Part shown: positions 1 to 13,870 of the stretch, piece by piece
Layout: every line of letters starts with the position of its first letter
How positions within the stretch are numbered: position 1 is the first letter of the stretch
Assembly: GCA_028534125.1 (NCBI GenBank)
Contig: CM052818.1
Span: 34,908,001 to 34,972,000 of the forward strand
Length of the DNA: 64,000 nucleotides
DNA from: Lama glama
Taxonomy: Eukaryota
Direction of reading: 5' to 3'
Made by a program: the position numbers and the translations under genes
Notes under the pieces: generated by a model
Databases searched by the model: none
What the model was told of the DNA's origin: nothing
What the model saw: the letters and a program-made list of their open reading frames with translations, nothing else

Positions 1-3000
1 CAGTATCCATGAGGTCTGGGGGATGCCAGGCGGGCCCTCCACCTCTTTTGGTGTGTGTTCTCACTCTGATGTAGCCTTCTCCCCGTGATGTCGTCTCTCT
101 GCAGCACCATCAAACCTCACACCATTTTAATATCTGACAATTTCACAGTTTACAAAATGCCCCGCCTCCATGATCTCATTTGATCCTGATAGTAGCCATC
201 GAGGTACTGGTTTTAAAGCCCCATTTTACAGGTGAGGGACTAAGACTCAAGAGAAGTGACATGACTGAGGTTCCATCCTACAAAGTGACACAACTGAGCT
301 GCAGCCAGTGGCCCTCGTGCTCTTTCAGTTCTTGGACGGCAGGACGGGACCATGAACGGGTCTTTCTCCTGTAAAAGCAGCTCCTGGGCCCGTGCGGTGC
401 AGGGCCATTGCTTGGTAGCTTCAGAAGGAGATCGTGCAGAGGACAGGACATACTGGAGACCTGCGGTCTAGGCCTGGCTGTACTACAGCTTTTTGAATGA
501 CCTTGTGTAAGTTGCTTCTTCCTTTCCTCAAGCCTCAGTTTCCCTTTTTATAAAATAGAGAGTTGGCCTGGGTGATCTCTGAGGCTCTTCTAACCAGAGA
601 AGTAAAACAACTGGCCCCCACACCCAGGCCTCATCCCAGTAAGAGCCACTTTCCAATTGCTCTGAGAGACATCAGGGCCTCAGTGATCTTCCTGAGCTGC
701 TCGCTTCCCAAGCCCTGGTGGCCCTTAGCTCCGGAGGCTCCCCTGCCTGGCCAACCACAGACCCATTAAATTTCAGTGTTGCACATGCCTCAACTCCACA
801 TTCCAGGCATTTCCAGGTCCTGGGAGCCCTCGACACTGGTGATTGGAGGAAGGATGCAGGGAACCATGAGCTGATGACTTGCTGGGGAGAGCAAAACCTT
901 ACCATTTCTTATCCCCTGTCTGGAGTGTGGGCTGGGGAGTAGGGAAGCCCTGCCTGGAGAGGGCAAGTGGCAGCCACTGGAAGAGGGACAGATAAACTGC
1001 ATGCCATTGTCTGTGTTACGGGAATGTGCCGCCACACCAGGGGCGCTGGCTTTGCTTGTTTAATATTTAATTCACCTCCAGGAGCTCAGTAAGTGTTATG
1101 CTGAGCCACTTCCTCAGAGAAAGAATCAGGGGCCTGGCACATTTGAAGCCATCCTGAGAGAGGCACAGAATTAAAGACAAGACAGTTAGACTCAGCTCTC
1201 CCGAGGAGGAAAGGAATAGGGCGGTCTGGTGCTTTCCACTGGGAGATCTTCCATGGGCAGCCTGTCATCGGATTCATTACCAAGAGCCCCACCACCACCC
1301 CTTGCTCCCCTTCCCCACCCATCCTTAAAGCTGGGAGGCAACAGAGCCTAAGAGAGTACAGAGGTGTACTTCAGCCCCGGGGAACTGGGTGGAGGGGATG
1401 GAGCAAAGGATCCAATGGGGTCCTTTCCATTGGGAACAATGGGGTCTCCCTTGTTGGCCACTGATTGTCTCCCTCAGTAAAATTCTTGGACCTAAGGCAA
1501 TGTGGGCACAGATAATAAAGCAGTCAAGAGATCAGGGCGGCCAGCACCAGAATTCTTGCACCAGAGGCATAGCCCACAGAACCCTCCATCTTATAGCTAC
1601 AGGGGCCTTGAAAAACTGTGGTCCGAATTTGCTAGGGCCACATATGTGAGTTGAAGGGACCTGTACTCTTTCTACTTGGTCCAGCTTCTTTCCATTATGC
1701 CAGAGTCCTGATGTTGTTACCTGAGCTATTTGATGTGCAGAGTAATTTTTTATGTAACTTTTTTATATCTTCGTCTCATGGAATCCTCCCAGCAACCTCA
1801 GGAGATGGGTGTAACTGTTTCCGTTTGACAGTGATGAAAACCAAGGCTGGGGAGGTTGCGTGACTGTCTTGATGACCCTGGGCTGATGGGCAGCAGAGCC
1901 AGGACTGGAGCCCAGGTCCTCTGAAGGCCCCAGACCTCTGCTCTTTCCCGGTCTTCACGGATCCCTCCGCGTTTGCTCTCTGTGTGACTCAGGGCAAAGG
2001 CCTTTGCCTCTCTAGGCCTCAGGTTTCCATTCTTCCGATGAGAAGTCTGACGCAGCTCCCTGGGGACTGGGTGACATGGTCATTATGTGCCAGGCTTTCA
2101 GATATAAGTGAAGGGGGAGAGAGGCCTGGGAAATTCCAGGAGGGGAATGATTCCACATCCTGTGACTTCTTATCACACCCAGCCCAGGATGAACAGCAGC
2201 CAGCAAGCCCAGAATGGAGCCTAGACAGAGGACCCCAGTCTCCTTACAGTCCCCAAGGCACTGCTGGTTCCGCGTTGGGTGTTTCTGGAATGGAGGAAAC
2301 AATTTGAGGGCTTGAGGGCTCTTGAGGGATCCACCGGGTAAAGCTGGGAGGAGCATGTTTGAGATAATCCCAGGCCTGCCTGTTTCACAGGATTGTGCCA
2401 AAGATTAAATGAGATCATCAGTGTGTGGGCATTTGAAATAAGTTGAAAGCTCTAAATAGATGGTGGGCACTAGCAGCCACCGGGTGGCTTCTGTCTGCCA
2501 CGCAGGGCAGGGGTCCAGTGATCTCCAGGACTGACATCTTTGTTGTTAGCTTAACTCTTTCCTTCCCCTGACATCCCTGCTGCCTTGCCAAAACCCTGCA
2601 GCCCTGGGAGCAGAGCCGGGCAGGAAAGATCTGGGAGACCTCGGAAGGCGAGAGCCCTCCTGGATATTAGCTGAGTTTCTGCGCCCCGTCTGCAACGCAC
2701 TCCAGCTCCCACTTTCTGAGCTATGACATCAACTCCCCTTCGCGCCTCCCCCCATTCCCTACTTCCAGTCACACCACCCCTGGGGGGCAGCTGAGCGGTA
2801 GCTGATGCGACCCAGTGCCCTCATTCACTCTCTCTGACTCATTCTTCAGTCCGTTTCGCCTGCTTTCCCTGCCCGCCACCTCTAGGCTCCCCGTTCCCTT
2901 TGTTCTGCCCTCACTATGTACAAACACCATGCCTGTCTCCTTGGAGTCTCCTTTCATCTCTTTTCATATTTACTGTGGGCCTCGGGGGATGAGAGTCTGT

Positions 3001-4249
3001 GCAAATGTGTGTGGGTTTGTGACTGTCATCAGTGCATGTTTATCGGTAGTCATTAGCCATCCATACTTGTGTGGGATCTCCGGGGGGTCTTGATAGCATC
3101 CTAGACCTAAGAGGTCGGGGGAGTTGGTAAAGTCACAGACAGACCCACAGCTGAGGTTATGGCCATGCACAGTGACAACTCAAATGTCTGTGCCCAGTGC
3201 ACGTACTGCAGTAAGGACTGGTGGAGGCCCGTTCTAATTGTGCGAGAAAAAATTTTTAATGACTGTTTTAATTTAGAGCTTCATTTTTTGAGGGCTTGCA
3301 CTAGGTGATTTCTAAAGCTTTGATTCTAGAGACTTAGAAGGAAAGGAGGGTGTTTAGGGGAGGCAGGTTACACAAAATGCAGGCTTGAACGGAAGAGAGG
3401 AGTGGAAGAGATAGAAGTAACAGCTCTGCTCATTGATCCCCAAGTAAGTAGGTCTGGAGGGAGAAGAGCAGGGGGGCGCTTGGCTGGAGCCCAGCTCTCT
3501 CTGTGGCGGGTGTGGAAAAGAGACCCTGCAGAAGCAGCCCCATAAGCCAGAGGGATGAGGTCATTACAGAGTCCAAATTGCTTTGAATTTTTACTGTCTC
3601 CTTTGTGGGCCCCTTTTCTTCCTCCCATTTCTCAGCATTGGGATTAACCCTAAATGGGATGCAAGAGAAGTTTCAAGCCTGAGAAACAGCGATAATAGTA
3701 AGAATAATGCCATTTACTTAACACTTGCTATGTGCCAAACACTGGACTGGATGCTGTATACAAATTATCTCATGGAATCCCCACAAGCACCTTCACAGAA
3801 AGGTGTTATTACTGTTCCCACTTTATACATGAAAAGAAAATCTGAGGTTTTGTGACTTCCCCAAGGCCTCATGGTTTGTATATGGCAAATCTAGTTGAGC
3901 CCAGGTTGGTTTGACACAAACTTTGATCCTCTTTTATGCTTAAGGAATTAGGAATGTCAGGTTGGGAACTGGTTGCTGGGGAGGTGGTGAAAATAAAGGA
4001 GCAAGTGTAAACGTGTTGAATTTGAGGTAACAGTCCAGTGGGCTGCTGGAGGTGGCTCAGGGGAGTTTAGAAGCAAGTACAGGACTGGAAATGGAGGTTG
4101 AGGGCTCGTCTTTAGAAGAAGATTCAAATAGACCCTTGGTCCTCTGTTCTAGACCCTCTCTCCCTTTATGTAAGTGACTCCCAAATTAAGGTCTCCTGTC
4201 CTGGTCTCTCTGCTGACCCTATTTTGTACACTGCTGTATCCAGAGCAGA

Positions 4250-4440
4250 GACCTCAGAGTCAGGCAGGCCTGGGTTTAGTGATTTACTAGTTCTGAGACT
4301 TCAGTTTCCTCATCTATAAAATGGAATAGTAATAGCACCTATATGTCATAGTAATGTTGGGGAAATGAAATGAGATAATCAGCATTAAAGCACTTTGCAC
4401 GGTTCCTGGCATGTAAGAGTTCAGTAAATAATAATTGTTT
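4250..4440 (+). mobile_element. MIR SINE (representative; more at about 130-320, 460-600, 3700-3930, 6270-6480, 8370-8560, 11970-12100, 22890-23070, 53190-53310 and 62590-62750)
   Basis: MIR core CTTCAGTTTCCTCATCTATAAAATGGAATAGTAATAGCACCT...AAATGAGATAAT...AAAGCACTTTGCAC. Confidence 0.8.
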
Positions 4441-7400
4441 ATTGGATGGATGTTTTCTCTTGGCTACCTTCCTGATATGTCAAACACATCACATTTGAGT
4501 TTGGCATTCAAGGCCTACCAGAGTCTGACTATAATACGTCTCTTTAACCTTGCTTGCCCAAGTTAACCAACTAGTCTACCCAATCCTTTGAACATAAGAT
4601 GTACCTCACTGCCCTTCTGCTGATTGCACTGTTTTTGTATCCTAGATTGTCCTGATAACCAGGGAGTGGGAATTAGGGGAGCAGGTTAAGCTTAATGTAA
4701 AGAACTTCTCAGCAGTTAGAACTGGTCTACTGCAAGAGATAGTGGGCTCCGATCCCTGGAAGTGTCCAAGGAGAAACTGAATGTCCGAGTGCTCCAAAGG
4801 GATTCCGTGTATCAGAAAATCCACTGAACTAGGTGATCTTTAATGTCCCCTCCTCTTCAGTGTCCTTCATTGTTAAAAGCAGTATTTTTTTTTTAAGCAA
4901 AATCTGAAGTGTTCAGTTCATCTTTTTGAGATTAAGATCAGAGGATCTGAAGGTTAGTGTATGAATTCAACCAATAATAGAAGGTATTTCCAGCTCTCTG
5001 TCATGGCCAATCAGAGAAAGACAATGAGAAAAAAAGAGAAGAAAATGGGGGAAAGACAGAAAAGAAATAGAGGGGAACGGTGAAGAGGGGAAAGAGAAAT
5101 GGAGTCACAGAGCCGGGGAGAAAGGAGAGTGGGTAAAGGGGTGGACAGCAGGGTTTCTGGGGAGAAGAAACCCCAACTGGGAGACAAAGTGCTCTAGAAG
5201 AGAGAGTTAAATGTCAGCATCATTCCTCTGTTCTGATCTCAATGTTAGTCTCCAAAAAGCGCTGTATCCTGTCTCCGGAGACTCCCCAATAATCCAGGGA
5301 GCATCTGTGTTCCCAAAGCTGGTCTGGTGCCTTCCGCATGTCCCCAGGGACACTAGCCCCACGCCAGACACTCTGAGATGAATGGGGCTGGGTGATCAGG
5401 GGACTGTGTGCACCGCCCCCATTCCAGCTGAGTCTTCCACTGCCTTTGAGAGAAGCTTCACGATAGCCAGTGACCAGGGCTCCAAGCTGGGTCTGGCATC
5501 TGGTCAGAGTCCATGGCCTCTTAGCACTGGTGGGAACAGTGACTTACACTCCTTCCTATCCCTGGTGGGTGTGATCAGTTAACAGAATTGCCATGAGGTG
5601 AGGCATTTTGTAATATAAAGACTTGACTGGCAGGAACTATATAAAATTAATACATTTCCATCAGAGGTTCTGGGCTGCAAGTTATGTTGAGGCTCAGGAG
5701 GCCATTCGGTCCAGTACTGGGTTTCTCCTGATGTGCATTGGCTGGAGGAGTGTATTATCATATTGCCCTTAGTCATTTCCAGCCCCCGGATAGCGCAAGA
5801 TTGGATGAAGTGGCTGTGATAATGTTCTCATTGTGCTCTGAGGACCAGGAGGAAAGGCCTGGAATTCAGCTGGAGAAGGGCACCCCTCCCATCTGTGCCC
5901 TGCCAGCCTACTGTCCCTGGCCAGTCTGTGACGTTTCTAGAACTGGCTGGGCCTGAGAGCTGCTGAATCAGGTGGCCTGCGTAGGTAAGAAAATGGCCTC
6001 TCTTCCCATCAATCCAGCCCTCAGCCACGGGGGCTGTGTATCTCAAATTTTTAATATCCTGAGAAATTCCTGGGCATTAACTCCTGCTCAGACTAAAGAG
6101 TTACTTTCTAGTTGTCTCCATTTCCTCCCAGATATACTCAACAGAGGAGTACCAGGCCCTGGGTCAAACTGTTTCTGTAGTGGGAGGTAATGGACCTGTA
6201 GGCTTTCTGCTTCTTCAGGTGAGCCAGTAGAATAGTAACAGCAACAGTTGGCATGATAGTGGCGACTCCCCTTTCTCTAGTGCATGTTTAATGCCAAGTA
6301 CTTGCTGTATTCTTTGTGTGCCTTGTTTTATTCAGTCCTCACAATAGCACCATGAAGTAGTCATGTTTCAGTCTCCATGTGACAGGTAAAGGATACCGAG
6401 GCACGACAATTAAGGAACAACCCAAGGTCACATGCCAGAATATGAGCGTATGTCTGCTTGACTCCAAAGCCCATGACCTTCCCCTCCACCCTGTATCACC
6501 AACTCCAAAACGAAGGCTTCATGCCAGATCCCAGCTAATAGGCCTCTGTCCTTTCACGTGATGCAAACCCCCAGCCTCTGACCTCAGCCTAGTGCTAGTC
6601 ATTCATACAATCGGCAAATCTTTTCGAACACCGGGGCCAAGAATGTAAATCAGTAGATATGGCTGACTTCGTCTTTAAATTATTTAAGTTTCTGGAGTGA
6701 ATTATGAGAACTTACATAGTAGTTATCTCTAGGGATTTTAATAGGAAGGGGGTTTTATTTTTCACTGTATGTATATTTTTTATAAGCCTATATTACTTTG
6801 TTAATGAAATAAAAGCAAATCTAAATTTTTAAGGGAGGGAAACTGTAAAAGAAATGCATTAACGTGTGGTTGGAGGATTGACTTAAAGGTAATGAATAAT
6901 TGAGGGAAATGCAGAGTTGATAATAATACCCAGTGATCCCCGGTTATTGGTAATGCTGTGACCTTGGACAAGTCACTTCACCTCCCAGGGACTGTAAGAC
7001 ACGATCAATAGATGATTCCTTGCTTTCTGCACCATTTGCTGATTCACCTTGGAAGCGGTGGGTCAGGAGCCCAGGATTAGAGATCAGCCTGGGTGAGGGG
7101 CAGTGAGGGCTGCAGAGGGATGACCAAGCATTGCCGCGAAGCTGGAGGCGGAAGGACCCAGGATCTGTAAAGTACTGAGTCTGCACTTTGTGCATCCTTA
7201 GGTCTCATCCAGTTCTGACACTGTAGCATTCTGTCGTCTGGCTGGGTTTGCGTCCATGGTGCTGGAGAGAAACCCCCTGGCACGTCACAAATAAGAGAGG
7301 GAAACAGATGAGGGGAAGGATCAGATCTGAGGTGCTCGTGGTTTTCTTACTCAAGTAGATGAGCTGCTTTTTTCCTTCCTGCTCTTCTCCAAGGTGGACT

Positions 7401-10400
7401 GAAGCCTTTGTGGGCATCCATACCGTGTCCTGGATGAGACGGGAAGTAGAGTCCAGCTCATCTCACTCCCCAGCTAATAGTTTCCTGATCTCTGATTGTT
7501 CTTGATGAGAGAATGGCTAGCATTTGAAAGATTATTTATGTTGTGTTTTGAGTCATCCAAGGAGACGCAAGGCAGGAAACTCAGACTCAGGCTTCTGGTT
7601 TATGTCCCCCACTACAGAGAATCACTGGAAATAGCACTGTTCTTCCCTTCACCATGGTCTCATTTCTTCTTCCCTTACTGCTGGTTCCTCAAGATCTACA
7701 ACCTGAGGGCCACAAAAAGAGAAATAGGTCTGTGATGGTAGGAGTGGCCGTATTTCCTAAGAGGTGGAAGCAAGGACTGTTGCACTAGTTTTGTTTTGCT
7801 CTTTGTGATGACTGGTGGGTAAGTGTCCATCAGGTACTGATACAACAAGTAACCGCAGGCATTTGATGGTACATTATCAGTTACCAAGTATTTTCACATC
7901 TATTATCCAACTTGCCATTCTCACCCAAAGCCTGCAAAGTTACTGGATATTTGTCCCATTTTACAGATGAAGTCCAGGGGGCTGATGCCCTAGATTTCTT
8001 ACAAATAGGGTGGTAGAGTGTGTACCAGGATACAGGTTCTCTGACTGACATGCCCAGCGCTCTTAAATCATTCCACCCTGGAACTTGCTAGGTGGCCCTT
8101 CCCACAAGCCTCTCTCGGGGACTCTGGTGATACTGACGGCCTCCCCTCAAGCATGCAGTTTAGAGCTCGATCCATGTATGTCTGAGGCTCCCTTGAGAGC
8201 TTCACAGAGGCAGAAGCATCTTCAGCAGAGCTCTGCCTATTTCAGCTGGAAGAGAAAAAAATGGTGCCCTGAGCTTTCCCCATGGTTCCTGAGTTGGCAA
8301 AGGTGCAAATACCAAATGTTGCTTTTCTGCAAGATGCCACCCTGCCTGAACCCAGGAGAAAGCTATGGAACAGGGAAAAGACCGCTGGACTGGGAATTAG
8401 GAGGCTGGTCTTTAAATATCACTTCTGCCATTTACTGGCTCCATCACCTCGAGCAAGTCACTTCACCTGTCTGAGCCTTAGTTTCCTTTTATGCCAAATG
8501 GGGATCATACTCATTATCTTAAAAGGCTCTTGTGATGATTAAATAGGATGTCACACAAAAAGGACCTAGCCCAGCCACAGGCACATTGCATCTGAGGCTC
8601 CTGTCTCCTGCAGAATATCACAGATCAGCTGGCAGTGGCGGGGCAAAGCCTGTCTGGCTTCTCTGTAAAACCATACTTGATGGTACCTCCTTGGAAGAGC
8701 GGCTGGCTGGGCCTGGCCGTCTCCATTCTGGCTTTCAGTTGGAAGAGGAAGAAGCGAGCCTTTGAGTATCCCAAGCTGTGTCTGCAAGCAGACATGATCC
8801 CTGTGGTGATCTTGGCTGTTAATTGTCACAGCAGCTGACCTGCCTCTAATACCTGGGATCAAGACCCTAATCAAATTGGGAAACTATTTGGAAAGCGCAT
8901 AGTCAATACAGGAGCAGCTACACATACAGATTCCTTAATTATGAGACTCCAGGCTTAGAATACTCCATCTCTGGGCCTCAAGTTTTCTTATCTATAAAGC
9001 AAAGAGAGTTGGGGTCAATGATTCCCTGAGGTCAAGGCCTTAGTTGTCCTGTGATTTTTATCCCTCTCGCAAGAGGCAGACCATGTCCTTGGAGCCCCCA
9101 GCTCTGTCTTTTCCACCCCCACAGCTTCTGCTGGCCTTTTAGTTACACTGAGCTTATTTAGAACCAGTAGAACCAAACCCAGTCCTGTCCAGAGGCCCAC
9201 TCACTTGGACCTTTTGCCCTGAGAAATCACAAAGGCAGCATTAACGGGGGCAGCTAAGAGCTCTGGGAAAATTTCCTGGGAACTGGGAACCCCAGCTTCC
9301 CAGCCCCTCTGCAGTACCCCCTGGCCTGAAGTATGCCTAGGGATTTGAGACATCCCTGTCCCTCCCTGCCCTCCGTAGGTGATACTTAGGGACAGAAATC
9401 TCTGAGGAAAAAGAGATGACCACTGATATCCTCAGAGAAATGGAGAAAATAAAAAGCAAAAGCAAAAAAAAAAATAGCCGTTTCTTGGCAAGGACTGGAA
9501 TCTTGCATAACATATTTTAGAGTGTGGGGTGAAGCCAACAGCAGTAGACTGAATCTGGGGGTGCTGAGACCTTGCACCTGGATTGGGGCTCATCCCTAGA
9601 CTTCGTGCCAGGGCCAGCCGCCTCTACTAGCACAAGACAGGTTCTGTCGGGCAGGCTTGGCTGACCGTGGGGGCTGGGCCAGTGAGCAAGACTTGGTGAG
9701 AAACCGATAAGTCAAACTCAGCTGTCATTAAGACCACATCGGTGCTGGGTCCCGGCAGGGCAAGCAGACAAGCATGGGGCAGGGGACAAGTGGAATGGGA
9801 TGATATGGGCATTCAGGCATTGTGCAGAACTATCTTCGTGGAGCCTAGGGCCCAGCCAGAGGAGAGATCTTGCAGCAGATTTCCAGGTCCAAGGAGGAAG
9901 CCTAACACTCAGGCTGATTAGCAAGAACCAGCACAGAAACCAGCCCTGGGAATCAGGTCTTGGGGGTGGCAGTGGGAGCAGGCTTGGGTCTTGGGTGCCC
10001 TTGTAGTCTTGGCTGGTGCATCAAATTCCAAGCCTGATTGGCAGCTCAAATTCTGCCCGACAGTGTCTTCCTAATGGGTTTCTTGAACTAAGTGGGAGTA
10101 AATGGAGAAGGTGGGGGCTGAATATACAAAGAATCAGGTCCATCTCCTCACTTTAAAATCACCAAAAAAAAAAAGCATAAAAGAGCATGTCGTAAAAGGA
10201 GAGATCAGACCTCTGTAAGCCTACCACAAAGGTATAGAGAATATAAACTTAATGGGAGGCTCAATTTTATACCTATTATTATAGCAAAATTTAAAATAAT
10301 GATAATGCTTCATGCCTATGACACTGTAATAAAAGTGGTTCCATTATTTATTGCTAGTGGTAGTTTAAGTGGTATAAACTGTTATAAAGGTAACTTGACA

Positions 10401-10879
10401 GTGTGTTCTAAGATGTACAAAATGTTTATAATCTTTTGTCCACTCCTGAAATTTCCTTCTAAGAAAGTCATCTAAACAAGCAAAAAATTATATGTGTAAG
10501 AGTATTTATTATAAGCATTAACCAAACAACCAAGATATCTTATAATGGGGATTAATTAAAGATAAATTATCCATTCATGTAGTCATTAAACTTATAATCA
10601 TAAACCTTATGGGAGGAACAGGAAATTCTTGAGATATTTGATAAAGTGGAAATAGCAGAACATGTATTTATACCATGTCTATAGATGTGAAAAAATGATG
10701 TGTGCCTATGGAAAAATCTGGAAAATAGGGAAAATAAAAGAAGCTAAGTAGCTATAATGAGGAGTATGTGAAGGTTTTTTTCCATTTTATTTCTGAGGTT
10801 ATTTTGACGTTAGTGCAAATATTTTTTTCTGAAAGCAGAGGACAATAAAAGATTATAAATGTGTCCCCAGAATCCCTTA

Positions 10880-11560
10880 ATGAGCTGGGAAGTATTTGAT
10901 CCAGTTCTCCTGAGATATCATATTTCATAAATTTATTACCTTCTGTAAACAGAACTTCCCTTAGTTCTAAAAACTCAAGGTACAAGCTCTTACTCTCTGT
11001 GCCAGGGATTGATTGGAAAACCCTGGATCTTTCCTTTTCACACCTGTTTTGATGGTATAGTTTCCAGGTCCATCCATCCTCTTAACCTTTCTTTGTCTTT
11101 GCAGACTAAAGAGTCCTATTTTTTTTTTTTTTGAGTCTCTTATAATAGCCCTTGGATGGTTTTAGCTGCCCTTCTCTGGATCTTCGCTCTCCTTCATGTC
11201 CCCAGAGATGCAGTGAGTGATCGACACACAGTACTCCAGATTCAGCTGCATCATAGTTTTATATTTGGGTGGAATGATTTTTGTGTGGTTTCCAAAAAGC
11301 CTTCGTGATGGTGCCTGGCCAGATGCTATTGGCATTTTTAGCTGTGGCAGCATGTTAAGCCAGTGTCTTCTGGGAACAGTAGAGAAAAACTACCCCCTCT
11401 TCTCTCTTTTTGGTTTATAACTGATTGCTCATAGCATTTACTGAGTAGAGCTAGGCATTCTTCTTCCCCAAATATAAAACTGTGATTGAAGCTCATCTGC
11501 CATTTTTTGGCAACTCAGAAATTCTCTTGCTCTTTATCATCTGCAAGGATTTGGGGGCAT
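10880..11560 (-). mobile_element. CR1/L3-type LINE relic (reverse transcriptase region)
   Basis: Minus-strand peptide IIPPKYKTMMQLNLEYCVS resembles CR1 ORF2 ILPLYxxLVRPHLEYCVQ. An LADDK remnant of the FADD motif sits at about 11533-11547, upstream on the same strand. Confidence 0.7.
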
Positions 11561-12232
11561 CTTTGACATTGGTATTTCACCTTTCACCCTTTCTTGCAAG
11601 ATTTCTAATGGAGATCAGTCCCACCAGTTGACATTTAAACATTTTTCCATCTAGAGAGAGGCCTGTTTATTTCTGTTTCCTTTCCCTAATCCACCTCCCT
11701 GTGGTGAGAAAGTATTTCCCTTTTTCTATCTCCTTTCCACCCCCCCACCCTCATGTAACTTTGAATAACCTCTGATGTAGACCCTTGCAGAAGCGTTTTA
11801 ACCTCTGAAGTTCTGGCCACCGTCTTCCCCACGGACTGGAATAATCTATTTTGTCCCTGAAAGAATTCTTGGAGATCAGTCAGATATGGTTTCCTCTTGC
11901 TGGAAACATGTTGCTTTCCTTTGAGCAGGTTCTGCTTTCTAAAGCACGCCGCACAATGTCTGCAGCAGGAAGAACGTGGGCTTTGGAGCCAGGCAGACCT
12001 GAGCCTAGAGTCTCCATTTAAATTTAATGGCCATGATGTGACCTTGGATGGATTACTTAACCTCTCTGAGTTTTTATCAGGAAAATGATGGTGCTAATAG
12101 TCTTCCCCTTAAAGCATGTCACACGAGTCACCTGGGGATCTCAGATCCTGATTCACGAAGCCTGCATAGGGCCTAAGAGTCTGCGTTACTAACAAGTTCT
12201 CAGATAATACCAATTTTGGGGACCGCTAAAAG

Positions 12233-12419
12233 CAGTGATTCTCAAATTTGACTGCACATTGAAATCCCCTGGGAACCTTCAAAAACCACCAATGCCTGGA
12301 CCTCCCCACTTGCCCCCCTCCAGTTCCAATTTAACTGGCAATGGGGTGTAGCCTGGGCACTGAGCCTGTTAAAAGCTCTCCAGGTGATTCTAATGCCCAT
12401 CAGACGTTGAGACCCACTG
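12233..12419. mobile_element. MER5B-like hAT-Charlie MITE, with further MER5 fragments at about 12110-12225 and 12680-12740
   Basis: Terminal inverted repeats CAGTGATTCTCAA ... TTGAGACCCACTG; internal CCAGGTGATTCTAATG. Confidence 0.8.
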
Positions 12420-13169
12420 CTTAAAGGGTTATTAGCAGGAGTAAATGTGAGGCTCCTGGCACATAGCAGGTGCAAAGAAAAGAATGGTCTTCTTCTTGGT
12501 TCTTTGCCCTGTGCTGCTCCCTCCAGCCTCGTCCTGAGTCTTTAAATCAGGCAGGAAAAAGCAGGGCACCAGCTGTTGCCCTGTGCCTTCCTTACTAGCG
12601 TCAGCTCTAGGGCATCTGGCTTGGGAGTTCTCACTGCCACTCTCGAGGGGAAGGGACCAAGGTAATCCTGCCATGTGGCCCGGCATTGGGAGTTTTAAAA
12701 TCTCCCCAGGTGATTCTAATATGCAAACAGTTTTAAGACCTAGTGTCTTTCTGTTAGATGGCAAGGAGTGAAGACCACTTGGGCCACATAAAATGCCAAG
12801 GGAAGTGCAAGGACTCAGGGCTGGGGTGGACAAGTGTGTCCTAGAATGGGAGACCAGGCCAGACACCAGGTCCCCCCAAATGCCATTCCCTGATAGTTTG
12901 AGGGATGAGTTATCCATGGCCTACGGCAGTCGGGGGCTTCCTCCAGGTCCAAGCAGAGCCGCTGCCTTCTCTCCTTCTCCCTCTTCACACCCAGCCCATC
13001 CCTCCTGCCAGGCTTCCCAGATGCTCAGACCCTGCTGCTCTGCCCCTTGGCCAATGAGTGTGAGTTGACCGCTTAATGTCGGAGAACCTGGGCTGAAGAT
13101 CCATTTCTGCTCTGGATGAGAGAGTCCAGAGAAAGGACCTGAAAGGCCCCTCTGAGGCCACCCTAACGA

Positions 13170-13870
13170 TTTCTTTCCATTCACCTAACGTGTATGGAGC
13201 ACTTCCTACGTGCCGGGCACTGTGCTAAGCCCTAGGACTCCAATATGAGTGAGGCATGATTCCTGATCTGAAGGAGCTCACAGAGGAGACAGGATGTACA
13301 CAAACAATGGTACAATATGGGAAAATGGTAGGAAAGTGTCCTGGTTATTGGGGAGGCCCAAGGGAGGAAACGTGCAGAGTTGAGGGAATCAGAGAAACCC
13401 TCCCAAGATGCTCAAGCTGTGTCTTGCAGGAGAAGTAGCCGTTTCCCAGCTGGACGGGGAGCGGGGAGAGATGCCCAGTGTTGTGAAAAGGCACAGCCCA
13501 TTCAGGGGGCCGGAATTCTTCCCGTGAGGCCAGAGCACAAAGCACACATGGGAAGTAAGTGAGGCCCACCCTCGGGGCCCGTAACGGCTAGGACTTTGGG
13601 GTTTATCCTGTGAGGAATGGAGGCCCTTTCAATAGTTTGCAACAGAGGAAAGGCATGTTCAGACTTGATTTTTGGTGGATCCCCTTGGGTGTCAAGTGGA
13701 GAGGGATGGAAAGGGATACTGAGGCAGTGGGGAACTCGTTGCAATGATCCAGGTGAGTCATGAGGATCACAGTGACGTTGGCAGTCATGAGGATGAAAAG
13801 GAGGGAGTGGTGTGCGTCATGCTGAGAAGACAGACTTGATGGGATTTAATGACTGGCCAGATATAGGGGT
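13170..13870 (-). mobile_element. L2 LINE fragment (others at about 33575-33950, 42020-42870, 43860-44180 and 52560-53170)
   Basis: L2 3'-end signature in reverse: GAGCACTTCCTACGTGCCGGGCACTGTGCTAAG followed by purine-rich L2 body. Confidence 0.75.
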
